Notes: generated by a model from the sequence alone, not told the origin. DNA of 64,000 bases from Clostridia bacterium (GCA_017409455.1 JAFQSS010000010.1:4696-68695), one strand, 5' to 3'. Shown: positions 47,659 through 55,759, numbered from the stretch's first letter. Numbers and translations: made by a program.

Positions 47659-48108
47659 TTATTGCTTTTTTCTGCCTAATAATTCATCAATAGAAAAGTG
47701 TTTATATATTCGTGTTAGATTATACAGAAATGCAGTAGGGATTAAATTGACTGCATTTTCATAATGAGCATAAGATGCTTGTGTAGTATTTATTTTTTCT
47801 GCAACTTCTGTTTGAGTCATTTTGTTGTGTTTTCTTAATAAACGCAAGTTTTTTGCGATTAATTCCAAATCTATAATTAAATGCTCATATTTTATATTAA
47901 ATCTTGTTATTCCAAATAAATAATCTAAACTATAACCGAAGTTATTTGAATATTCAATTAGCCTTTCTAATGGTATTGTATCTTTACCGGTTTCCCATCC
48001 TGAAACAGTAGAGAAGTGAACTGAAAAATAATCAGCAATATCCTTTTGTTTTAAATCTAATAATTCTCTACTTTCTTTAAAGTTTTTAACAATCATTTTA
48101 TTCATCAC
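47659..48108 (-). CDS. tandem-HTH XRE-family repressor (Tn916 orf9-like position)
   Basis: Two HTH_3-like units (QKDIADYFSVHFSTVSGWETG and QTEVAEKINTTQASYAHYENA). Divergent from the sigma-like gene. Confidence 0.75.
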   Translation of the reverse strand: MMNKMIVKNFKESRELLDLKQKDIADYFSVHFSTVSGWETGKDTIPLERLIEYSNNFGYSLDYLFGITRFNIKYEHLIIDLELIAKNLRLLRKHNKMTQTEVAEKINTTQASYAHYENAVNLIPTAFLYNLTRIYKHFSIDELLGRKKQ

Positions 48109-48200
48109 CTATAATAATTATTCCACTAACTTGTGGTAATATTATATTTCTAGGGGAAATAGACTATAAAAACATCATTTTTTCTTTTTTATTCCATTTT

Positions 48201-48233
48201 TTGACAAAATTCGCGAAAAAATTGTCGTATAAT
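48201..48233 (+). promoter_or_regulatory. promoter-like element with embedded TCGCGAAAAAATTGTCG motif
   Basis: TTGACA (48201-48206) and TATAAT (48228-48233) are separated by 21 nt. The spacer carries the motif shared with both ICE arms. Confidence 0.4.
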
Positions 48234-48314
48234 ATTGCTAGAAATCAATGCCAGAAATAAGGTGGAAAAATAAAATGAAATAACAAAATATTCTAAATTA
48301 AATAGATGAATAGT

Positions 48315-48360
48315 AGCAGTAAAATTTTCTATTAAAGATAGATTTTTTACTGCTATTTTT
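48315..48360 (+). terminator. intrinsic terminator 1 in the leader of the sigma-like gene
   Basis: AGCAGTAAAA...TTTTACTGCT long stem followed by ATTTTT. Confidence 0.6.
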
Positions 48361-48523
48361 AGAATAAGAATAAGTACAGATTTTGTGTAGTATTTTGATT
48401 TGTACTAACTCACATAAATTGTAGGCATTGGCTTGAAATGAGGTTTGCCTATGATTGTTTTAAAATACTACCGAGCGATACAAAGAAAAATAAGAATAAG
48501 AAAAGAAATTGTTTATGCAATAA

Positions 48524-48567
48524 GCGTACATAATTCTCTGAATAAGGGACTTATGTGCGCTTTTTTT
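48524..48567 (+). terminator. intrinsic terminator 2 in the leader of the sigma-like gene
   Basis: GCGTACATAA..TTATGTGCGC stem followed by TTTTTTT. Confidence 0.65.
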
Positions 48568-48654
48568 GTTGCACCAATTGGACAAATAAAGTGCCGTAGC
48601 CCACCTTTTATCAATTTGTTTTAAAAAAATTCAAATTGATAGGAGGAAATAAAA

Positions 48655-49122
48655 ATGGGTAAAAGACCAATAGGATGGTTTATACAAGAATTCCCTTATG
48701 AGTTTTTAGGAGAAAATGAAAAGGGAAACAAAATTATAAGAATTAAATTAACAAAGGAAATAGTAGAAGTTGCTGATGATGTTTATATGGGACTAATTAA
48801 AGAAAAGAATAGTGCTAAAAAAATACAGAATGAAATTGACAGACATCAAGAACACAGTGAGTTAAGTGAAAATAGTTTATATGAACGAGCAGTTATAAAA
48901 CAAGAGGCGTTAGAGGAAGAAGTAGAAAAGAGAGTTTTAGTTGAAACTTCATTTGAAGAATTAAGTACATTACCATTAGTTCAAAGAAGAAGAATTATAA
49001 AATACTATCTTCAAAAAAAGACATACGAAGAAATCGCAAAGGAAGAAAAGTGTTCAAAAGTCGCTGTAAAATATAGCATTGATTTAGGAATTAAAAAAAT
49101 TTCTAAAAAAATGAAATTTTAG
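48655..49122 (+). CDS. sigma-70 region-4-type HTH protein (Tn916 orf7-like)
   Basis: C-terminal LPLVQRRRIIKYYLQKKTYEEIAKEEKCSKVAVKYSI is a region-4 HTH. AGGAGG RBS. Terminator at 49148-49196. Confidence 0.7.
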   Translation: MGKRPIGWFIQEFPYEFLGENEKGNKIIRIKLTKEIVEVADDVYMGLIKEKNSAKKIQNEIDRHQEHSELSENSLYERAVIKQEALEEEVEKRVLVETSFEELSTLPLVQRRRIIKYYLQKKTYEEIAKEEKCSKVAVKYSIDLGIKKISKKMKF

Positions 49123-49196
49123 ACTTAACTTTTTCCGTTTAAGTGAGGAAACAGGTGAAGGGGTAAGAAATTACTCATTCATCTGTTTCTCTTTTT

Positions 49197-49554
49197 AGAA
49201 ACAGGACTGTTCTTTGACAATTGGATATACATTCATCAGATACGTTCCTATTGTTGTCTGGAAAGACAAGCACGTTAGCAAGTACGCTTGACGATAAATA
49301 CTTGGCTATAAAATTAGGTTGCTCCTAATATTGCAATAACAAACAATAGGCATAATGATACTCCTGCCTAGCCACAGATTCAAGCAATGGGGGCAGTCTT
49401 GTGAGAACCACAAGAGAGTGAAATTCTCGTGGAATTGATTAGCAATCAATCGTTTGATGACTTCCCAATGTTGAGGGGTTTCGAGGAGAAATATCAACAA
49501 ATAAAAAATGTAGAAATAATTTAACAAAGCCAGAGTTTTATTACTTTGGCTTTT
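49197..49554 (+). ncRNA. candidate structured non-coding RNA or long 5' leader (unclassified)
   Basis: No credible ORF. G+C is locally about double the surroundings. Several hairpins (e.g. ATTGATT-agc-AATCAAT, CTTGTG-agaac-CACAAG). It ends in the hairpin 49526-49553 followed by T residues. Confidence 0.35.
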
Positions 49555-49580
49555 ATACATAAAAAGGGAGGAAAATTAAA

Positions 49581-49781
49581 ATGAAAAGATATAGAGTTAA
49601 AGTTAAATTAGTTTTTGAAACAACTATGGATCATTCTCAAACAAGTATGAAAAAAGCACAAGAAGATGTAAATAGATTAGTAAATGATTATTTGAATAAT
49701 GAAAAACTTAATATAACCAAATTATTTGATGAAAAGCCACGAGTTATTTACAAAGTAGAAAAGAAAAATGGAAAACTATGA
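49581..49781 (+). CDS. small DpnD/PcfM-like protein, candidate MazF partner
   Basis: GGGAGG RBS. MKRYRVKVKL...AQEDVNRLVNDYL. Its 3' end overlaps the mazF start by 14 nt. Confidence 0.6.
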   Translation: MKRYRVKVKLVFETTMDHSQTSMKKAQEDVNRLVNDYLNNEKLNITKLFDEKPRVIYKVEKKNGKL

Positions 49782-50139
49782 AATCAAAAAGGGAGATGTT
49801 TATTTTGCATCACTTAATCCTATTGTTGGGAGTGAACAAGATGGCGAACGTCCTGTGGTAGTAGTTCAAAATAACTTGGCTAATAAACATAGTCCTACAA
49901 TTATAGTTGTTCCTATTACAACAGTATTAAAAAGAATGGAATTGCCTACGCATATTCCTATAAGTAAAAATAGATTTTTAAAAAAAGATTCAATGATTCT
50001 TGTTGAACAAATAAGAGCAATTGATAAAAAAAGATTAAAAGCATATCTAGGACATTTAAAACCAGAACAAATGAAATTAGTTGATAATGCTATTGTTAAT
50101 GTATTTGAATTGAAAGTTAAATTGGAGGAAAAATTATGA
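49768..50139 (+). CDS. mazF: PemK/MazF-family endoribonuclease toxin
   Basis: KKGDVYFASLNPIVGSEQDGERPVVVVQNN...PTIIVVPITT is the canonical MazF/PemK N-terminal core. Confidence 0.88.
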   Translation: MENYEIKKGDVYFASLNPIVGSEQDGERPVVVVQNNLANKHSPTIIVVPITTVLKRMELPTHIPISKNRFLKKDSMILVEQIRAIDKKRLKAYLGHLKPEQMKLVDNAIVNVFELKVKLEEKL

Positions 50140-50390
50140 AGAAATATTTAGTATATGTTCAAAGAAGTAAAGTTAATGAATTTGAAGTTGAGGCAGAAAG
50201 TAAAGCAGCTGCAGAAGATACTGTAAGAGATTTATTAAACAAAACTTCTATTTTAAATTGTAAAGTTATAAATTTAGTGCCTACTGAAATTACTATTACA
50301 TCAAAGAAAATGAGAAATGAAAAACACCTAAATCGGGTTGTTAAATATTATTTTCAGGAGGTAAAAAGTGTTTCGCAGAAAAAGAAATAA
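50136..50390 (+). CDS. DpnD/PcfM-like small protein
   Basis: ATGA overlap with the mazF stop. MKKYLVYVQRSKVNEFEVEAESKAAAEDTVRDLL closely parallels 19066..19260. Confidence 0.6.
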   Translation: MKKYLVYVQRSKVNEFEVEAESKAAAEDTVRDLLNKTSILNCKVINLVPTEITITSKKMRNEKHLNRVVKYYFQEVKSVSQKKK

Positions 50391-50571
50391 AACATATCTA
50401 GTTACTCTTATTACAAAAGATAAGGTAGAAGATATGTATGTTACTGGTAAGAGTAAAAGAGATGTTAAAAAATTAGTTAGTGGAGTTCTAATAAATTGTA
50501 GTTTGTTTGCATTTAAAACTAAACAAGATTTTAAGTTAAAAGTCAAATCTGCAAAATTAGAAAAACAGTAA
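50368..50571 (+). CDS. small basic protein, distant DpnD/PcfM-like paralogue
   Basis: GTG lies 6 nt after AGGAGG. KTYLVTLITKDKVEDMYVTGKSKRDVKKLVSGVL. Overlaps the previous gene by 23 nt. Confidence 0.5.
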   Translation: MFRRKRNKTYLVTLITKDKVEDMYVTGKSKRDVKKLVSGVLINCSLFAFKTKQDFKLKVKSAKLEKQ

Positions 50572-50690
50572 AATTCACACAATCGTAAAAAGTTAAAGGA
50601 ATTAGTATTATTGGGGTGTAATACGATTCCTTTTATTTATGAAGATATTAAATCTTTTTAAATATTTTCTGGAATTGGAGTGATAAGGAG

Positions 50691-51281
50691 ATGGAAAATA
50701 TGGAAAAAAGAGAAATTGAAGTAATGTGGAGTTATTACTTTGGAATGAGCAAAGTGACTATGATTTGGGAAGAAGATATGGAAAAACTACACAAATCAAA
50801 AGTAATTAAAAAAATATATGAAGTTATAGATAGTGATTTTGATGAAATATGGTATTTGATACGAGATGAGAAAGAAAAGAGTTATATCATCAAATCAAAA
50901 TGTGGCAATTTTTATGCCAAAGACATTATGAAAAAATATGAATCAGAATATGTATTTTTCAAAGTTAGCACGGAAGTAATAAAAATATTTGATAAAGGTT
51001 TATATCCAGTTGTTTTTAAAGTGTTAGAAAAAGAATATAGCAGTTTTTATAACGATAAGAAAAATATAAATAATGCTTTCTTTAATAACTATTATTGGCA
51101 ATCTGGGAACGAATATAAGGCAGTTAGAGAATATAGAAACAAAGTTGAATTTGAAGTCTTTAACAGAGAAGATGACGCCATATATTGGTGTTCAAATTAT
51201 GAAAAGACAAAAGCAAATATTATGAAAAATAATATAAGACCATTGAACTTAAATGAAATGGTATTTGAATATAAAACGTGA
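50691..51281 (+). CDS. hypothetical protein
   Basis: 196-aa ORF with AAGGAG RBS. No family recognised. Confidence 0.5.
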   Translation: MENMEKREIEVMWSYYFGMSKVTMIWEEDMEKLHKSKVIKKIYEVIDSDFDEIWYLIRDEKEKSYIIKSKCGNFYAKDIMKKYESEYVFFKVSTEVIKIFDKGLYPVVFKVLEKEYSSFYNDKKNINNAFFNNYYWQSGNEYKAVREYRNKVEFEVFNREDDAIYWCSNYEKTKANIMKNNIRPLNLNEMVFEYKT

Positions 51282-51296
51282 AAGGGTGAGTGATAA

Positions 51297-51617
51297 GTGG
51301 GGAGAGATGATGTTTATAAAACAATTAAAAATATGACCTTAGAAGAACTTATTTCAATGTTTTGTACCAACAAAGTTGAGGTTGTAGAGAAAATAGAAAA
51401 AGTAGAAATAGAAGATAGTAAAGTCTTTTATACGATAAATGAGTTAATAGAAAAGTATCCATTTTTTACTAGATACAACATAAATAAGGCAATTCAAAAT
51501 GGTGGATTACCTTATTGTTTTATAGGAAGAAAAAGAATGTTTAGCAAAGAAGAAGTAGAAAATTGGTTAGAAAAAGAAACTAAACCTAAAAAAGAAAAAA
51601 TTAAATACGATATTTGA
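51297..51617 (+). CDS. xis: excisionase-type helix-turn-helix protein
   Basis: FYTINELIEKYPFFTRYNINKAIQNGGLPYCFIGRKRMFSKEEVENWL is an excisionase/MerR-type HTH. Lies immediately upstream of int. Confidence 0.75.
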   Translation: MGRDDVYKTIKNMTLEELISMFCTNKVEVVEKIEKVEIEDSKVFYTINELIEKYPFFTRYNINKAIQNGGLPYCFIGRKRMFSKEEVENWLEKETKPKKEKIKYDI

Positions 51618-51631
51618 TTGGAGGAATTAAA

Positions 51632-53386
51632 GTGCAAGAAAAAGTTGAAAAATATATTTATTTTGTTTCAGAGAATAGATACAGAGTTAAATTTTTAAAA
51701 GTAGATAAAGCAAAAAATAAAAGAATAAATTTTAATCAATATATAAATGGTAGTTTAGAAGATGCAATAAAATTAAGAGATGAAAAACTAAAAGAAAATG
51801 GTATTTCATTAAATGATGAAAAAAAGTCAGATGATATATTTGAAGAAAAAGCCCCAACCAAGAAGAAAGAAACAAAACCTAAAAAGGAAAGAAAACCTGC
51901 TGTAAATCAAGCAACTAATAAAGTTGATAAATATATATATGAAATAGAAAAAGGAAAGAAATATAGAATATTTATTAGAAAAGGTGGCTCAAATGGGCAA
52001 AAAGGAGATTATTATTCAGCAGTTTATGAGGGAACATTAGCACAAGCAAGAAAGGAAAGAGATAAAAAACTTGCAGAATTAAAATTAAAAAATGGTAAAG
52101 GCGATAAAGGTAATATAAGATTTGTAGAGTTTGCCAGAATATATTATAAGGAATATGCAGAAAAAGAATTAAGTCCTACTACTGTTACAGGTGGTAAAAC
52201 TACATTAAAAAACTATGTGCTACCAGAAATCGCCAATATGCCATTAAATAAAATAGATGCTTTAACTATACAAAGAATAATAAATAATTTAAAAGAAAGA
52301 GATAAAGAAAGATTAGACAAAAATGGAAATGTAGTTAAGTTATCACCAACAAGTGTGAATAATGTGTATAGATTACTACGAAAAATACTAAATAAGGCGA
52401 TAGCTTGGGATTATATAGAAACTAATCCTGTATTAAAAGTAAAAGCACCGGGAGTAGCAAAAATAGAAAAAGCATCATACAACAGAGATGAGTTAATAGA
52501 GATATTAGATATATTAAAGAAAGAAGATCCTTTAACAGAAACTTTATTTACTATATCTATATGCACAGGAGTTAGACGAGGAGAGTTAGTAGGATTACAT
52601 TTAGAAGATATTGATTTTGAAAATAATATGATAAATGTAAAAAGAGCAGTAGTATGGGACAAAGGAAATCAAAGAATATTAGAAAAAGCAACAAAAACAA
52701 AAGGTAGTGTCAGAGAAGTACCTGTTCCATTATTCTGTATGGAAGTTATTAAAGAATATTTAAAGTTAAGAGAAAGAGTGATATATAATTTTAAAAGAAG
52801 AAATAGAAATTATATACCACCAAGAAACTTATTTTTAAGTAAAACAGGTGGAATAATGTTTCCAGATACACCATCTAGCAAATGGTTAGATTTTAGAAAG
52901 AGAAATCCACAAATTAAAGATGTATCACTACACGGATTAAGACATAGTTATTGTTCAATGCAAATGAATGAGAATCCAAATTTATCACCAGCAGATGTTA
53001 AAAAGTTAATGGGACACTCTCAATTATCTACAACATTTATATATACACACTCAAATGATGATAAGACAGAGGAGGCAATATCAGTATTTGAAAAATATTA
53101 TAATTTCAATGGCGAAAAGAAAGTTAATTTTAATGAAATGTTATCATTATATACAAGAGTAAAATTTACTACCACAACTATAATAGAAGAATTATTAGAT
53201 TTTGTAGTTGATACAGATGATAGTGATGAAAGCAAATATGATGTAATAAAAGATTATATAGATAAAAGATACCCTATATTTAAAAAGATAAATGTATCAG
53301 ATGTTAATATAGAAAATGTATGGGACTGGTTAGAAATGAAAAAGAAACAATATGGTGATGAATTCTTATTATGTCCTATAAAATAA
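51632..53386 (+). CDS. int: tyrosine integrase (Int-Tn916-like) with duplicated N-terminal arm-binding domain and C-terminal extension
   Basis: The GTG at 51632 lies 7 nt after GGAGG. The TTG at 51614 is less likely. Catalytic GVRRGELVGL, HGLRHSYCS, MGHSQLSTTFIYTH. Confidence 0.88.
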   Translation: MQEKVEKYIYFVSENRYRVKFLKVDKAKNKRINFNQYINGSLEDAIKLRDEKLKENGISLNDEKKSDDIFEEKAPTKKKETKPKKERKPAVNQATNKVDKYIYEIEKGKKYRIFIRKGGSNGQKGDYYSAVYEGTLAQARKERDKKLAELKLKNGKGDKGNIRFVEFARIYYKEYAEKELSPTTVTGGKTTLKNYVLPEIANMPLNKIDALTIQRIINNLKERDKERLDKNGNVVKLSPTSVNNVYRLLRKILNKAIAWDYIETNPVLKVKAPGVAKIEKASYNRDELIEILDILKKEDPLTETLFTISICTGVRRGELVGLHLEDIDFENNMINVKRAVVWDKGNQRILEKATKTKGSVREVPVPLFCMEVIKEYLKLRERVIYNFKRRNRNYIPPRNLFLSKTGGIMFPDTPSSKWLDFRKRNPQIKDVSLHGLRHSYCSMQMNENPNLSPADVKKLMGHSQLSTTFIYTHSNDDKTEEAISVFEKYYNFNGEKKVNFNEMLSLYTRVKFTTTTIIEELLDFVVDTDDSDESKYDVIKDYIDKRYPIFKKINVSDVNIENVWDWLEMKKKQYGDEFLLCPIK

Positions 53387-53525
53387 TATTATTAAATTAT
53401 GGTAATTATATTGTAAAAAATAGGAATTATTGCTATAATAAATAACAGATATTTAGTGTTTAGATGGTGGCTCGAACAGTGGGAAAATAGCGAGAAAATC
53501 GTGGACAGAAAAAACAGATAGCAGG

Positions 53526-53543
53526 TCGCGAAAATGTCGCGAA
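53526..53543. promoter_or_regulatory. TCGCGAAAATGTCGCGAA motif, right-arm copy
   Basis: Matches 11765-11782 and 48211-48227. Confidence 0.5.
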
Positions 53544-53588
53544 CTTTATGAAATTTTATTTGAAATAATAAAAAATGTTCAAATTCTA

Positions 53589-53608
53589 TTTAAAAAATTC
53601 AAACAGTA
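53589..53608. repeat. arm-type repeat TTTAAAAAATTCAAACAGTA (right arm)
   Basis: Identical to 11797-11816. Related copies lie at about 53570 and 53645. Confidence 0.65.
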
Positions 53609-53681
53609 AAATCTGCTGAATTTGAAATAAACAAAGGCATTTTTAAAAATTCAAACGCTATTTGAAATTAAACCCGAGTTT

Positions 53682-53725
<44 letters not shown>

Positions 53726-53803
53726 ATTTATATCTGTCTAGAACGGACTCGAAAAGGAGGAACAGAAAATGGTCTAGTAGACCATTTTCCCGACGCGGCT
53801 TGC

Positions 53804-53826
53804 CGAGTCCGCCTGGGCACACCAAT
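53804..53826. repeat. second copy of the tRNA 3' end (23-bp direct repeat of 53705-53727)
   Basis: CGAGTCCGCCTGGGCACACCAAT occurs twice, 99 bp apart. Confidence 0.8.
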
Positions 53827-53842
53827 AAGTACAAAAGAAAGG

Positions 53843-54400
53843 ATGAAACAAATGAAACTAAAAAATGTATTAATATTATTAATAATAAGTATAATTTTAA
53901 TAAGCATACCAGTTGAAATATTTGCTTGGACAACAAAAGACGCAACATATGAAGTTTGTAATATAATAAACGTATGTATATCAGGAACAATAAAAATAGT
54001 AGCTTGGACGATAGCTATTATTTATGTAGTACAAGCAACGAAATATATGAAGTTATCAAAAGAAGAACCAAGTAAAAAAATAAAAAATATACAACTATCA
54101 CTAATAATAACTATAATACAGGTTGTACTATTAATATTTGGGGCATCATGGGTAATAAAAATTGGTATGGAAACATATACCAATGGTGAAATATATCAAT
54201 TATTTGATGTAAATACGCTAATACCAAATTTTATTAGAATAATTGCTTTTGTTTTAATTATTTTCTATATAATAAAATCTATTATATACTTTATTAGTGA
54301 AGAGAAAAGTATTAAACAAAAAGTTATAAATTTAATAAAATGGGAACTTATCACAGCAATTATAGTTGTGATACTACTAATTTTAGCTAATTATTTATAA
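53843..54400 (+). CDS. polytopic membrane protein, hypothetical
   Basis: The real start is the ATG at 53843 or 53852 (after AAAGAAAGGA). The track ORF start at 53696 runs through the tRNA remnant. Confidence 0.55.
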   Translation: MKQMKLKNVLILLIISIILISIPVEIFAWTTKDATYEVCNIINVCISGTIKIVAWTIAIIYVVQATKYMKLSKEEPSKKIKNIQLSLIITIIQVVLLIFGASWVIKIGMETYTNGEIYQLFDVNTLIPNFIRIIAFVLIIFYIIKSIIYFISEEKSIKQKVINLIKWELITAIIVVILLILANYL

Positions 54401-54497
54401 AATGAAGAAGTCTTGCGGTTTTGCAAGGCTTCTTTTAAAAAACTCTTGCTAAAAATCATAAAAAGCCATATAATTAAAAAGAAAAGAGAGTGATATA

Positions 54498-54968
54498 ATG
54501 AAAGAATATTTCATGAAACAAGCTTTAAAAGAAGCGGAAAAAGCATATAAAAAGTTAGAAGTTCCCGTAGGGGCTATAATAGTAAAAGATGGAAAAATAA
54601 TAGCAAGAGCACATAATCAAAAAGAAACAAAAACAGATACAACAAAACATGCAGAAATATTAGCAATACAAAAAGCAAGTAAAAAACTAAAATCGTGGAG
54701 ACTAATAGACTGTGAAATGTATGTGACATTAGAGCCATGTACAATGTGTGCAGGAGCCATAATAAATTCAAGAATAAAAAAAGTGTATGTAGGCGCATTA
54801 GATGAAAAAACTGGGGCAGTAGGCTCTGTGCTTAATTTATTTGATGATTATACTTTTAATCATAAAGTAGAAAGTGAAACAGGAGTATTAAAAAAAGAAT
54901 GTGAAGATATTTTAAAAACGTTTTTTAAAGATTTGCGTAAGATGAAGAACGGAGGAAAAAATGTATAG
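54498..54968 (+). CDS. tadA: tRNA-specific adenosine deaminase
   Basis: HAEILAI and TLEPCTMCAGAI zinc-binding motifs. Conserved position before ffs-dnaX. Confidence 0.9.
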   Translation: MKEYFMKQALKEAEKAYKKLEVPVGAIIVKDGKIIARAHNQKETKTDTTKHAEILAIQKASKKLKSWRLIDCEMYVTLEPCTMCAGAIINSRIKKVYVGALDEKTGAVGSVLNLFDDYTFNHKVESETGVLKKECEDILKTFFKDLRKMKNGGKNV

Positions 54969-55704
54969 GAGCTTAAATAAAAAAATTTTTCATGTAGTTT
55001 TAATAATTGTAATAGTATTTTCAATATTATGTTTTGGTGGAATATTAATTCTAAAATATCAAGTTGAAGGAGAAGCAAATATGCCATTCAAGATTACAAA
55101 AATTTCTATAATAGAAAGTGTAGAAGGACTGGAAAATCAAGGCGCTGCTGAAAAGTGGAATCTTAATGTAAATCAAAATAATGATATTTATGTTTATATT
55201 GAAAAAAATTCAAATTATGGTAAAACAGAAATAATAGAAGAAGTAGAAATAAACAATATAGTAGCAGAAAGACAAAGCCAAAAAGGAGAGACAAAACTAT
55301 ACAAACCTGTTGTAGATGAAAAGAGAATGTTTATAAACTCTGAAGAAAACCAGATATCAAATATTATTTATAAAGGTGAATTAGTATCCAATATAAAAGA
55401 ACAAAAAATATCTAATCAAGGCGGAATTGTAGCATTTAGATATGCAATAAACAATATTTCACAATATATATCACAAACAGATGAACAAATTGACCATAGT
55501 CAATTACTAAAATTAACAAATCTAACACAAGAAGATTTAAAAACAAATTTGTCGTTTGATATAATCATCAAATTAGTAGGTGGTAAAAAGTATCAAGCAA
55601 CAATTAATCTAGATATTCCTACAGATAAAATTATAGAAAAAGGAACAGTTGGAACAGACGTTACAGAACTTGATAATATAGTTTTTAAAAGAATTGGAAA
55701 TTAA
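54961..55704 (+). CDS. membrane-anchored hypothetical protein
   Basis: N-terminal TM helix, 247 aa. No family recognised. Confidence 0.5.
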   Translation: MYRSLNKKIFHVVLIIVIVFSILCFGGILILKYQVEGEANMPFKITKISIIESVEGLENQGAAEKWNLNVNQNNDIYVYIEKNSNYGKTEIIEEVEINNIVAERQSQKGETKLYKPVVDEKRMFINSEENQISNIIYKGELVSNIKEQKISNQGGIVAFRYAINNISQYISQTDEQIDHSQLLKLTNLTQEDLKTNLSFDIIIKLVGGKKYQATINLDIPTDKIIEKGTVGTDVTELDNIVFKRIGN

Positions 55705-55759
55705 TTTACCATTAGGACGGAGTTAATGGTAAAAACAACAGTTATTTAATAAAAAATAC

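Larger units (their letters stand above)
11686..53681 (+). mobile_element. integrative conjugative element (~42 kb), Tn1549/Tn916-like, integrated in tRNA-Arg(CCT)
   Basis: Split tRNA halves and an 8-bp direct repeat at the ends. xis-int lie at the right end. A complete MOB/T4SS module is present. Arm-type repeats occur at both ends. The host REP family is absent inside. Confidence 0.85.

Noticed and set aside
49233-49239. Hammerhead ribozyme core (CTGATGA on the minus strand)
   Set aside because: Only the heptamer is present. There is no appropriately placed GAAA or flanking stems I-III.
49197-49554. ToxI-like type III antitoxin RNA for the MazF-fold toxin
   Set aside because: Type III antitoxins are tandem direct repeats followed by a terminator. 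I find no tandem repeats here. The toxin is also a standard PemK/MazF rather than ToxN/AbiQ-like.
49306-49560. 84-aa minus-strand ORF inside the G+C-rich non-coding segment
   Set aside because: It has no Shine-Dalgarno. Its composition is odd (W/C/H/F-rich, no recognisable motifs). It is antisense to a region full of hairpins. It is treated as a by-product of the locally higher G+C.
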